Shown here one piece after another: positions 11,084 through 20,525 of a stretch of 64,000 nt of DNA. The stretch is taken from IMG/VR virus record IMGVR_UViG_3300028394_000068; one strand, written 5' to 3'. Within the stretch, counting starts at the first letter, position 1; each line of letters begins with the position of its first letter. The position numbers and the translations under genes are program-made. Source of the stretch: an uncultured virus (IMG/VR IMGVR_UViG_3300028394_000068). Taxonomy: Duplodnaviria; Heunggongvirae; Uroviricota; Caudoviricetes. Under the pieces are notes generated by a model. It saw nothing but the letters and a program-made list of their open reading frames with translations, made no database searches and was not told the origin of the DNA.

Positions 11084-12253
11084 TTACGCTCTTTTTACCC
11101 AAGCAACTTTACTACCGCCTTTTATATTAGTATATGGGTCAGCATAAACCTGACCTCCAATATTATGGAATATAATTGGAACCCCATTATCAATTGCCCC
11201 AACAACACCCAAGTGAGTATTCATACCCCAACCTGTACCACCTTTAATTGTGTTACCGGCAATAGGGTTACCGTTAGCGTCTTTTTTGAAAAATATTTTA
11301 CCACCTTGGTAAAACGCCTCTTCGTGATGTTTTGACCCCGGATAATATAATCCAATAATATCGTTTAACTGTAGATTAACTCCTGAAGAATTAGGTACTA
11401 AATTACTAACAATTGAGTTAACTTGAGTCATATATGGACCACGTTCAGTACCTCCACCTTTTTTATCAATTTTCTTCCACAGATTAATAATATTATTACG
11501 AGTATCAATAGGCAATTTAGTAAATGCTGACCAAACTGTCGTTCCAAGACTACTATTATCGTGTGCAATCCAAGCATCACCCGGCTTTGGTAAACCATTA
11601 ATAAATTCTTTAACAAATTGAGCACAATTATCTTGACCCGCTTTAAAAATTTTAACAGAGTTCGTAGTACTTAATTTTGTTGTATCAAGAGATGATTTAA
11701 ATTTTGGACTAATCTTACTAGTCACCACAACCTTATTATTAGTTTTATTAACTTTATTTTTATCCGCAATTTTTAATCTATCAATATCAGTTCTTTTAAC
11801 TCTGGTATTATCAATAACCGTTTTATTTGTTTCTTTATCAACAAATTTTTTGTTAGAATCTTTATTTATCTTTGGTTTTTGTACCTTAGTCTTACCTTTC
11901 TCAGGAGCCTTAACCGTTTTTACAGGTGGAAGTTTTTCATTATAAATTTTAGACTTAATAGACCTAATCGCCTTATCTGTTGTTGCTAAAACCCAATTAG
12001 GGTAATCACCATCAGACGCTTTAGCAAAATAGTAATCATTACCTAATTTCCCATAAACGTAGGGGTCACTACCAATACCTTGTTTAACTATTGCTCCAGC
12101 ATCCACTAAAGTAGGTACTGTTACCTCAGGTTGAGATGGTTGTCCAAAATCTAATGTTGGTTGTTCAGACAAATATTGTCGTTTAGTTGCGTTTTCGTGA
12201 AGATTTAGAATTCTATCTTTCTCTTCTTCGTTAATTAAGAATAAATTTTTCAT
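11084..12253 (-). CDS. Virion-associated CHAP/NlpC-P60-like cysteine amidase/peptidase
   Basis: NCAQFV...THLGVV Cys-His pair; INEEEK.RIL.LH leader. Confidence 0.6.
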   Translation of the reverse strand: MKNLFLINEEEKDRILNLHENATKRQYLSEQPTLDFGQPSQPEVTVPTLVDAGAIVKQGIGSDPYVYGKLGNDYYFAKASDGDYPNWVLATTDKAIRSIKSKIYNEKLPPVKTVKAPEKGKTKVQKPKINKDSNKKFVDKETNKTVIDNTRVKRTDIDRLKIADKNKVNKTNNKVVVTSKISPKFKSSLDTTKLSTTNSVKIFKAGQDNCAQFVKEFINGLPKPGDAWIAHDNSSLGTTVWSAFTKLPIDTRNNIINLWKKIDKKGGGTERGPYMTQVNSIVSNLVPNSSGVNLQLNDIIGLYYPGSKHHEEAFYQGGKIFFKKDANGNPIAGNTIKGGTGWGMNTHLGVVGAIDNGVPIIFHNIGGQVYADPYTNIKGGSKVAWVKRA

Positions 12254-12254
12254 A

Positions 12255-12761
12255 TTATTGTTGTGGTATTGTTGCGTTTGCTGTTATTTGTTGAGCCGGT
12301 TGTTGAATAACTTCAGGGGTTTTATTTATCGGTTCAACCGGTTTAAGTTGAGTTTGATTTATTGCCTCAATATTTTTAAGAATCGCCGCAGCTGTTTTTG
12401 GACCGTATAAACCATCAGGAACTAACCCCGATTGGAATTTATAATTTAATAATTCTTGTAAGTATTTAACCCTTGGATTTTTAACTCCCATTTTAATTGT
12501 TGTTGCAGGTGTTTCAGAACCTGTTGTCGGTGCTGCTGTTGTAGTATCAGTTACCGGAGCCGCAGTTGTAGTATCAGTTACCGGAGCCGCAGTTGTAGTA
12601 TCAGTTACCGGTGCCGCAGCTACCGGTGGTGTTGCTGCCGCAGTTTCCGAAGGTAAATTATCCAATTCTTTATCTGTAATTTGTTCAGAAATTACAACAC
12701 CCCTTTTATACCCCAAAAGGTATTTCATATTTTCTATTTCTTCTAATATAACTTTTTTCAT
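12255..12761 (-). CDS. Peptidoglycan-binding domain protein with Thr/Ala repeat linker
   Basis: VKYLQELLN...PDGLYGPKT (PG_binding_1-like); AAPVTDTTT x3. Confidence 0.7.
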   Translation of the reverse strand: MKKVILEEIENMKYLLGYKRGVVISEQITDKELDNLPSETAAATPPVAAAPVTDTTTAAPVTDTTTAAPVTDTTTAAPTTGSETPATTIKMGVKNPRVKYLQELLNYKFQSGLVPDGLYGPKTAAAILKNIEAINQTQLKPVEPINKTPEVIQQPAQQITANATIPQQ

Positions 12762-12768
12762 CTCTATC

Positions 12769-13656
12769 TTATTGTTTTAATAAATCAATTACTTTCTCAA
12801 CATACGTAGCGTCAAGATTACCCGTTTGTTGTTGACCCAATAATTTTTGAATCTCTTTTGTTGTATTTGTAGTTTGTTGATTTACTTGCTTAGCTCGTTC
12901 TTTATACGCCGCTTTAGGGTCAACAACGGTCGCTTTATTGGGGTCAATCCATTTACCATTCCAAGTCCATTTATCATCTAACTTAATAGTTAACTTACCA
13001 CCGTTACAAGCCCAAGTACCATTAATATCGTTAGCTCCTCCACCGGGACGATACATTGCGTTATAATTATTCTTAAACCATATACTGTTACCTACTTTAC
13101 CATTATTAAGTGGGATTAAAACCCAAGTAGGGTCAGTATGAGCTTCCATAGTACCACCAAATTGTTTAACACAAGTTGCCCAATTTGGTATTACAGTATT
13201 TGTTGTTGAGGTACCACCAATTTTGAATGAGTTTTGTCTAAAATCATTAATATTGTCTTTTGTATAACTTGCGTTGATACCAATCGTTTTTAATTGATTA
13301 GTTATATTTACAACATCATCCATATTACCTTTCCCCATCTCACCATTTATGATTTCTTGAAATGATGAATAATCAAAAGGGTCGGAACTATTTTTATGTA
13401 ATAACAAATATTGATTATATAATTTATAATCATTCGCTGTAAATGTTTTCAATACCTTTAACATATCACCTTCTCTAGTTCCTACACCTTGCCAAGTATT
13501 ATTCATCGCAGTAAATTTCTTTGATGTCTCATCAGGTAATTTATCGTTAAAATCCGTCAAAGGAGTTTCCATTAAATATTGTCTCTTCGTAGCACTCTCG
13601 TGGATATTTAAGATTCTATTTTTCTCCTCTTCATCTAAGAAATATAATTTTTTCAT
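12769..13656 (-). CDS. Putative head-internal protein with annexin-like repeat
   Basis: AM..WQGVGTREGDMLKVL...SFQEIINGEMG; LDEEEKNRILNIHES leader. Confidence 0.5.
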   Translation of the reverse strand: MKKLYFLDEEEKNRILNIHESATKRQYLMETPLTDFNDKLPDETSKKFTAMNNTWQGVGTREGDMLKVLKTFTANDYKLYNQYLLLHKNSSDPFDYSSFQEIINGEMGKGNMDDVVNITNQLKTIGINASYTKDNINDFRQNSFKIGGTSTTNTVIPNWATCVKQFGGTMEAHTDPTWVLIPLNNGKVGNSIWFKNNYNAMYRPGGGANDINGTWACNGGKLTIKLDDKWTWNGKWIDPNKATVVDPKAAYKERAKQVNQQTTNTTKEIQKLLGQQQTGNLDATYVEKVIDLLKQ

Positions 13657-13686
13657 AAAATATTTTATTTATAAATATCTTATAAT

Positions 13687-14373
13687 TTAGAATAATTTGT
13701 TTGATTTACGAATATTCTCCTCACCCCACATAGGTTGAAGGTTATCTAAACACCAACATTTCATAAATTCCTCATCTCCCATCTCCTGAATATCAAATGA
13801 TGTAATTGGTAACTTATGGTCAACGTGCCAAATACCATAGTTATCCCACGTCATTTCATCCTTAAATTGTTTCTCTAAATGAAGAATCAATTCCTCCGGG
13901 GTATATTGTAGAACATCAAAGTAATGTCCGTACTTATCTACGTTACTCTCCTTTAATACTGTGTATATTGCTGTTCTGAAATTGGAAATTAGTTTATAGA
14001 GGGGGTCTCTCGCTTTGCGATTTCTTTCGTAATCACGTTTAATTTGACGAATTTTATCCGCATTATTCTCTCGGTATTTTTTAATGTATTCACTTAAATG
14101 TTCTTTATTTTCTTCCGCCCATTTTTTGTGATTTTTCTTTAGACGTTCTTTAGTCTCAGGTTTTGAGAAATATTTTTTCATAGCGACTTCTCTACCACCT
14201 AAGAATTTTCTACCACTACCTTTAATAACCACACCATTTTCTTTTAATATTCTACTTATGGTAAATGTTGACCACCCAAAATTATTTGATATTTCACGTA
14301 AACCTTTTAATTCATTAACAAACATTTTTTTTATTTCAATAATTTGTTCTTCAGTTGGTATAATCTTTTTCAT
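13687..14373 (-). CDS. HNH homing-endonuclease-like protein with N-terminal HTH
   Basis: WHVDHKLP...NLQPMWGEENIRK; directly downstream of the MCP gene. Confidence 0.75.
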   Translation of the reverse strand: MKKIIPTEEQIIEIKKMFVNELKGLREISNNFGWSTFTISRILKENGVVIKGSGRKFLGGREVAMKKYFSKPETKERLKKNHKKWAEENKEHLSEYIKKYRENNADKIRQIKRDYERNRKARDPLYKLISNFRTAIYTVLKESNVDKYGHYFDVLQYTPEELILHLEKQFKDEMTWDNYGIWHVDHKLPITSFDIQEMGDEEFMKCWCLDNLQPMWGEENIRKSNKLF

Positions 14374-14427
14374 ATATTATAAATATACATAATTCTCACA
14401 AAAAATCAAGTATTAATTTATATGTAT

Positions 14428-14455
14428 AAAAAAAAGGGACATATAGTCCCTTTTT
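14428..14455 (-). terminator. Intrinsic terminator after MCP
   Basis: A8-GGGAC-ATATA-GTCCC-T5 on +. Confidence 0.7.
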
Positions 14456-14477
14456 GTTAAATATTTTAAGATTTTGA

Positions 14478-16352
14478 TTATCTCAATTCTCTTAAATCGA
14501 ATGTTCTAACACCATCAACAGTAATTCGTGCGTAGAAACGGTTGTTGACCATTTTTTTCGCGTATCTCGTCATTATACCTTTAATCGGTGTAAAGTTGAA
14601 TGGGTTGTACATTGTTGGAGTTAATTGTAATGGTACATACGGAGCGTAGATGTATCCTGTGTCAAGTAACGATGTTCCTTTGTGTCCTAGTAACACTTGG
14701 TTAGCTGGGAAGTAAGGGTCACGGTATACTTGGTAACGTCCTGCTAATGTTCCAACTCTTTCAATACCCATATTATATTGGTCTTGTTCAGGAGAAGCAT
14801 TAGATACGTGGAAGTACTCTAAGTCATCAAAGATAGCTGAAACTTCAGAAGAAACAACAATCCAGTTAGCACCACCTCTTAATGTAGATTTGTGGATTTG
14901 AGCAGACAATTGGTTAATTGCTGTAATCAACGTTTGGTTCCAATCTTTTTGAGTGTAAGAAGTTGTTAAACCGTTTACTCTTCTCCAACCATTGTAATCC
15001 CAACGTAAGTTCCACGCTGCACCTTTACGTAAATCTCTTAAGATTTCACGGTCAATTTCAGCCGCAACTTGTTCAGATAATAAAGCTGTTAATTCAGCTT
15101 CAGCATCGATGTTGTGGAAAGCTGCAACGTCTTGAGCTAACTCAGGAGACCATTGTGCTCTTAATTTTCTTTCAGTTACAGAAACTGTTACAGATTGTAA
15201 GTCGAAAGAAACCTCACCGATTTTATCTTCAAATTCCATTTCTTTATATCTTCTGTAAACAGTAGTAAATGTTCCGTTAGTTATTGTTCCGATAGTAGAA
15301 CCTGTGTAACCATCTAAAGTATCACCACCACAAGTAGCACATACTGGACAAGATAAGTCAAGTTCTAAGTAGATAACACCTTCAGCGTCACAAACGTCGT
15401 AGAATGAACCACCATTACCTGCTGGATTACTACCACTAGCAAGTGGGAAGTTAGTTTGTGTTGTTGAACCGTATTGAACGATACCTTTACCATATTGTTG
15501 AGTAACAACTCTGAACAATAATGAGTTTGGTACTCCCGCTGCATTGTGAGTTACACCTGAACAAGAAGTATTTCCTGTAAAAGGACTTGTAATGTTAGCG
15601 TAAACTCTTAAATCAGATAAGAAAGTTTCAGTATCCATTTCGTTACCATCAGGTCCGATTAATTTTCCTGCTCCTGAAGCAGTAAATCCTGAAACACCGA
15701 TAAGTACTTTTCTGATTACTTTATTACTGTAAGCTGCAACAGCACCTGTTGGTGTTAAACCACCATCTTGCCAAATAACAATTTGAGTGTTAGCAGTAAC
15801 TGAAGAGAATTGACCTTTTGAATAATCAAATAAACCAGCTGGGTCTAAACCTGCTTCTGTTCCTTCATAGAATAAATCGTAAAGATTTTTCTTGTAAGCT
15901 TGTGCACCTGTGTATCCAGCATTTTGGTCTGTTGGTCCACCCGGAGCCCCTAGTGGTGCTTGGTGAGTACCACCTGCTTGGTTATCAATCATATTTTGAG
16001 ATGCTCCATCTTGATACCCTTGAATTTTAGGGATGAAGAAGAATAATTTACCGATTGGTAAGTTCATCGCTTGTACAGATACGATTTCGTTAGCTAATAA
16101 TTTTGAGAATACTCTTCTTACGATAGGGAAAACAACAGTTTCAAATGAACCTGAAGACCCGTCAGAAGTAGCTTCGTTTATTAAGAAAGACGCTTGGTTC
16201 TCATATAATTGAGCTACGTTTTCTCTTAAGTGACCTTTAAGGCCTTCTAGGAATCCTAATTTATCCCATTTGTTGATTGTGTCTTCTTTAATAACTTTCA
16301 AGTGTTTTAACCCGATGTTACCAACTAGACCTGATTCTAATAATGCTCCCAT
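14478..16352 (-). CDS. Major capsid protein (T4 gp23-like)
   Basis: VSVQAMNLPIGKLFF, RKLRAQWSPELAQD, AEIDREI, YAPYVPL...MTRYA gp23 signatures. Confidence 0.95.
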   Translation of the reverse strand: MGALLESGLVGNIGLKHLKVIKEDTINKWDKLGFLEGLKGHLRENVAQLYENQASFLINEATSDGSSGSFETVVFPIVRRVFSKLLANEIVSVQAMNLPIGKLFFFIPKIQGYQDGASQNMIDNQAGGTHQAPLGAPGGPTDQNAGYTGAQAYKKNLYDLFYEGTEAGLDPAGLFDYSKGQFSSVTANTQIVIWQDGGLTPTGAVAAYSNKVIRKVLIGVSGFTASGAGKLIGPDGNEMDTETFLSDLRVYANITSPFTGNTSCSGVTHNAAGVPNSLLFRVVTQQYGKGIVQYGSTTQTNFPLASGSNPAGNGGSFYDVCDAEGVIYLELDLSCPVCATCGGDTLDGYTGSTIGTITNGTFTTVYRRYKEMEFEDKIGEVSFDLQSVTVSVTERKLRAQWSPELAQDVAAFHNIDAEAELTALLSEQVAAEIDREILRDLRKGAAWNLRWDYNGWRRVNGLTTSYTQKDWNQTLITAINQLSAQIHKSTLRGGANWIVVSSEVSAIFDDLEYFHVSNASPEQDQYNMGIERVGTLAGRYQVYRDPYFPANQVLLGHKGTSLLDTGYIYAPYVPLQLTPTMYNPFNFTPIKGIMTRYAKKMVNNRFYARITVDGVRTFDLRELR

Positions 16353-16385
16353 TTTTTTTGGTTTTTATTAATTTTTATTTATTTT

Positions 16386-17888
16386 TTATTTTAATTTTGC
16401 CATTAAATCTTTCATTCTTAAGAACTGTGGATTCTCATATGTTTTAGATTCAATTAAGTTAACCGCTCCTGTAGAAGGTGATTTTGCGATTGTTCTTTCA
16501 ATTGACTCATTCATAGATTGAGATTTTGAGTTCCCGGATAATTCAGATTTAACTACTTGATATAAATTTTTAGATTCTTTAATAGTTTCAACACCATCAA
16601 ATCTTCTTAAAATGTTAATTTTTTCTTGTTTTGATGTTGAGTGTTCAGTGAACAAACGTGTAGCGTAAGCCAAGTTTGAATTGAATACCGCAACTTCATT
16701 TAATTTATTACGGAAAATGTTTAAAGCTTTTCTGTACTCTTCGTTTTTCTCTCTAAGGATTTGTACTTCTTTATTAGTAGTACTTTCTTTGATAGCTGTA
16801 TTTGCCGATGAGTGTGCTCTTGATTTTGGTAAACCACCTTTTCTAAAATTAGACCCGTTACCTAAAGTACGTGACGCCTCTTTTGTTTCAACTTTTTTAA
16901 CTACAGGTTTTTTAGCTGATGATTCTTTTGTTTCAGTTTTTTTAACTGCTTTAAATTCACCATCTAAATTTTCTCCTTCTTTGTAATCAAATTTTGCTTT
17001 ACCTGTACCAACAGATTTAGGACCTTCTTTCATTTTTGTTTTGAATCCTGTTCCTTGGTTAGGTTTTGCATCGTATTTAAATTTTGGAGTTCCCATACCA
17101 ACACCTTTTGGTTTAACAGACATTTTTTTAGATTCAGAAATTGGGTCTTCAGATTGTTCGTTTTCTTCTTCTTCTTCTTCGTCCATTACGATTTCGTAAA
17201 CAATTTCTTCGTCTTCGTCTTCGTCCTCATATTCGTTTCCAAAATCTTCTTCTTCGTCGTCAAATGAAAATTCTTCATCTTCATCTTCGTTGTCTCCGAA
17301 CATTCTACCTACGATATCTTCAATAGATTCATTGTCGTCATCGGATTCATCCATTTCTGACCAAGATTCATCCATTTCTTCCTCGCTTTCACCAACAATC
17401 ATATATTCTTTTCCTGTTTCTTCATCTTTAAGGTGAGTGTTTCCTTTGTCGTCTTTTGTTACAACAATATTATCATCCGGTCCCATCAATTGAAAAACTC
17501 TTAGAATTTCTTCATCATCGTCAACGTCAGTAAGGTCAATGGTGTCTTCGTCGTCTTCGTCCTCGTCTTCAACGTCTTCTAAGTCGTCTTCGTCATCGTC
17601 TCCAATACCTAAGTCAATGTTATCAATATCTGTTTCATCACCTTCTTCGTCAGATTCGTCATCACCCATTGTAATATCGGCGATATCATCTGAACCTTCC
17701 GGTTCTTCAACATCAATGTCAGTTTCAATCTCATCATCATCTTGTTCAGTTAGAGATTCTTTTACTAGTTCTTTGATTTCTTGCGACATAGTCGAAGCAA
17801 GTATTCCTTTTGCATTTTCAGCCACCGCTTCTTCCAAATTTTTCATTTGGATGATAGCCTCTTCAACTAAAGATTTTTCTTTTGCCAT
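16386..17888 (-). CDS. Prohead core/scaffold protein (gp22-like), highly acidic
   Basis: Immediately upstream of MCP; long D/E tract; coiled-coil C-terminus. Confidence 0.7.
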   Translation of the reverse strand: MAKEKSLVEEAIIQMKNLEEAVAENAKGILASTMSQEIKELVKESLTEQDDDEIETDIDVEEPEGSDDIADITMGDDESDEEGDETDIDNIDLGIGDDDEDDLEDVEDEDEDDEDTIDLTDVDDDEEILRVFQLMGPDDNIVVTKDDKGNTHLKDEETGKEYMIVGESEEEMDESWSEMDESDDDNESIEDIVGRMFGDNEDEDEEFSFDDEEEDFGNEYEDEDEDEEIVYEIVMDEEEEEENEQSEDPISESKKMSVKPKGVGMGTPKFKYDAKPNQGTGFKTKMKEGPKSVGTGKAKFDYKEGENLDGEFKAVKKTETKESSAKKPVVKKVETKEASRTLGNGSNFRKGGLPKSRAHSSANTAIKESTTNKEVQILREKNEEYRKALNIFRNKLNEVAVFNSNLAYATRLFTEHSTSKQEKINILRRFDGVETIKESKNLYQVVKSELSGNSKSQSMNESIERTIAKSPSTGAVNLIESKTYENPQFLRMKDLMAKLK

Positions 17889-18006
17889 TTGTGTTTAAGT
17901 TATTTTAATATATAAATATCGCCCATTATGAAAAAAGTTTAAATAATTCTTAATTCATAACAGGTTTTTTATACATTGATAAATATCACCAAAAAATAAA
18001 AAGCAT

Positions 18007-18034
18007 AAAAAAAGAGGACATATTGTCCTCTTTT
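18007..18034 (-). terminator. Intrinsic terminator
   Basis: A7-GAGGACA-TAT-TGTCCTC-TTTT on +. Confidence 0.65.
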
Positions 18035-18055
18035 GGTTAATAGATGTGTTTTTGA

Positions 18056-18265
18056 TTACTCAATGACCTCGTCAATTTTACTTTCAACAATCGCGGTAAT
18101 TCTCCACTCCATTGTGTAATGTTCAAAAACTTTAGTAACTTTCGCCTCAACGTCAGTAGGGTTGTAACCGCTAACTAATTTTTCTTCTCTTAATTTTTTA
18201 ATCTTTCCTGATGCCTCATCAACTGAGTCTAAGGTAATTTTTGCAATAAAATACTTTTCTTCCAT
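18056..18265 (-). CDS. DUF4494-like small protein
   Basis: YFIAKI...GKIKKLREEKLV.GYNPTDVEAKV...ITAIVESKI.EV resembles the Bacteroidota DUF4494 family. Confidence 0.55.
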   Translation of the reverse strand: MEEKYFIAKITLDSVDEASGKIKKLREEKLVSGYNPTDVEAKVTKVFEHYTMEWRITAIVESKIDEVIE

Positions 18266-18280
18266 TTTGTTTTTTTTTAA

Positions 18281-19006
18281 TTAGTGTCCTAAATAATCGT
18301 TTAATTTTTTCATTAAGTCAAGCGATTTATTTCCGGAATCCCCAACGTGTCTTTCAACGCTCATTTTTTTCTCTTCTTCTAAGTTTTCGTCGTATAGATT
18401 TTTATCTTCTTTATTTAAGAATAAGTACGCTCCCGGAGTGGATGGTGATGATACTAAGTCAAAACAGATTAATTCAAAATCGTCTTGTACTTCATTTTGT
18501 TCACCAATCTTTTTAAGGGAACCAACACCTCTTGAGGATATACCTAATGTAACTCCTTGTCTAAGGTAGTTTGCTGCTAAGTCACCTTTGGTTGATACAA
18601 TACCTCTTTCGTGATATCCCGGTGATGTAAGAAGTTTTATCTTACCCATTAGGACATTACCTTCCCACCATACTTCTGTGATAGCGTGAGATACTCTATC
18701 TAAATCAATTAAAGATGATTCCGGGTGATTTAACTCGGATAGGGCAGTACCTTTTTTAATCATTTTTTTATAGTTCTCAGCTTCTCTTTTTAATATACGT
18801 TCAGGGTATAATCTACCATTTCTATTTGGGGTATTATATTTTTGTAATACAGCATAGAATTCAAATGGTTTAGAGTGGTCTAACATTCCGTTAGATTCTC
18901 TTATAATATCTACATTACGTGTTTCCGTTGGGTTAATATAACCTGCGTCGTATTCAACTAATATACCTTTTCCTGATTCGCTTGGTTGTAATATTCTTAA
19001 ATTCAT
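18281..19006 (-). CDS. Prohead protease (T4 gp21-like)
   Basis: NRNGRLY, ELNHP, GISSRGVGS, FDLVSSPSTPGA. Confidence 0.93.
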   Translation of the reverse strand: MNLRILQPSESGKGILVEYDAGYINPTETRNVDIIRESNGMLDHSKPFEFYAVLQKYNTPNRNGRLYPERILKREAENYKKMIKKGTALSELNHPESSLIDLDRVSHAITEVWWEGNVLMGKIKLLTSPGYHERGIVSTKGDLAANYLRQGVTLGISSRGVGSLKKIGEQNEVQDDFELICFDLVSSPSTPGAYLFLNKEDKNLYDENLEEEKKMSVERHVGDSGNKSLDLMKKLNDYLGH

Positions 19007-19029
19007 TTTGAATGTTTTATTTATAAATA

Positions 19030-19500
19030 TTAAACATTCTCGGTTTGTAACAAATCTTCTTCTATTTTACTCTTTTTGGTTAAATAAAAATTAAAATATT
19101 CGTTACCTTTGAAGTTTTCTATAAAAATGTTAGATGTGATATTGGTTAACGAGTCTTTGATATCTTTGTCTTTAAAATCTAAATCGGGTTGAATGATATA
19201 AAAATTAATCTCCAAATTCATAAATGATTTTTTTTGATATTTTAACCCGCTTGACCTTAAGTCTAAATCAACGATAAACTTTGTGTCAAAAATTTTATTA
19301 TCTAACGATTGATATATGGTGTGTTTTATGGCTCTGCTCAGATTGAGAACTGTCCGGGTCCAATTGTCAGAATCAACAATAGGTTCTACCCAAGTTTGGA
19401 TGTTTAAGTAGAGTGATTTTAGTTCAACGGAATCAACTGTTCCGTAAACAACTTTAGCGGTTTTAAATCCGTTAATGTGAGAGGTTTTCCCCTTTTTCAT
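19030..19500 (-). CDS. Hypothetical protein (head module)
   Basis: 156-aa ORF. Confidence 0.6.
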   Translation of the reverse strand: MKKGKTSHINGFKTAKVVYGTVDSVELKSLYLNIQTWVEPIVDSDNWTRTVLNLSRAIKHTIYQSLDNKIFDTKFIVDLDLRSSGLKYQKKSFMNLEINFYIIQPDLDFKDKDIKDSLTNITSNIFIENFKGNEYFNFYLTKKSKIEEDLLQTENV

Positions 19501-19595
19501 TAAATTTCATAATTTTCCTGTTTATTTTCTAAAAAAGTAAGTGTTTTTACCTTGATAGTCAAAACTTTTTTGTAGTTGCGGAATATATGTATTAT

Positions 19596-19790
19596 ATGAT
19601 AATAGTAAAATTAGACAAAAACATTTCTATTGAGAAGGCATTGAAGCTTTACAAAAGTAAAGTTATCAAGACTAGACAAAGTTCTGAGCTTGTAAAAAGA
19701 AAAGAATTTAAAAAGAAATCTGTCGTTAAACGTGCTGAAATTTCTAAGGCAAAATATGTCCAAAAGAAATTTAAGTCAAATGATGATTAA
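19596..19790 (+). CDS. rpsU: Phage-encoded 30S ribosomal protein bS21
   Basis: IEKALKLYKSK...RKEFKKKSVVKRAEISKAKYVQ matches the Flavobacterial bS21 pattern; antisense within the head operon. Confidence 0.88.
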   Translation: MIIVKLDKNISIEKALKLYKSKVIKTRQSSELVKRKEFKKKSVVKRAEISKAKYVQKKFKSNDD

Positions 19791-20503
19791 AGATTTTCGT
19801 TTAAACTTTTAAGTTTAAAATAAGTTAGTTTGTCGTACTTCTCCGCTAATACCTTAGATAAGGTCTCATCAATTCTGCTCTTAACTGAGTTATCGTCTGA
19901 TGAGTCTTTCATATTTGTTAATTTCTCAACAACGGTCTCTTTAATGGTATTATATTTTTCGGTTAATGTATTATCATCTTCCGACAATAAAGACATTAAT
20001 TCTTTTTTATCAGATTCGTTTAACCCGTCAATATAATTTTTAATAGTTTTGTTTGCCACACTAACCATAGTGGCTAGTGGTAGATTAATACCTTCAGTTG
20101 TTACCACCGGTAATTTTCTAAGAGTTTCTGAAATAAGTTTTTTACTTTTAATTCTTGATTCAATTGTAAGAACATCAGTTGAGAATAAATTATCAATTGT
20201 CTCGTAAGAATTTTCTACGTTTGAGTTTTTCACCCACTCGTTTAATTTATTAAAATCAGACTTGGTAATTTTAGATAATGATTTTTCATATAACTTAACG
20301 GACTCATTGATGAATTCATTGATATATGTTTCATTTAATGCTTTTGGTGAATTTAGTTCATCGTATAGGTAAAACACTTTCGCAACGTTTTTATTCTCTA
20401 AAACAAGGGTTTTAAAGTTTTTAAGTTCTGTTTTAAATGTATTGTTTGTATATGATTCCAACAACACATTTTCTATTTTTGATTTTAATATACCGAATTT
20501 CAT
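19787..20503 (-). CDS. Hypothetical head-assembly protein
   Basis: 238 aa, between portal and protease; several L/IxE motifs. Confidence 0.6.
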   Translation of the reverse strand: MKFGILKSKIENVLLESYTNNTFKTELKNFKTLVLENKNVAKVFYLYDELNSPKALNETYINEFINESVKLYEKSLSKITKSDFNKLNEWVKNSNVENSYETIDNLFSTDVLTIESRIKSKKLISETLRKLPVVTTEGINLPLATMVSVANKTIKNYIDGLNESDKKELMSLLSEDDNTLTEKYNTIKETVVEKLTNMKDSSDDNSVKSRIDETLSKVLAEKYDKLTYFKLKSLNENL

Positions 20504-20525
20504 AATTTCTTTTTTAATATAAATA

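Noticed and set aside
17055..17898. Ser/Phe-rich plus-strand ORFs
   Set aside because: Antisense shadows of the Asp/Glu-rich scaffold gene.
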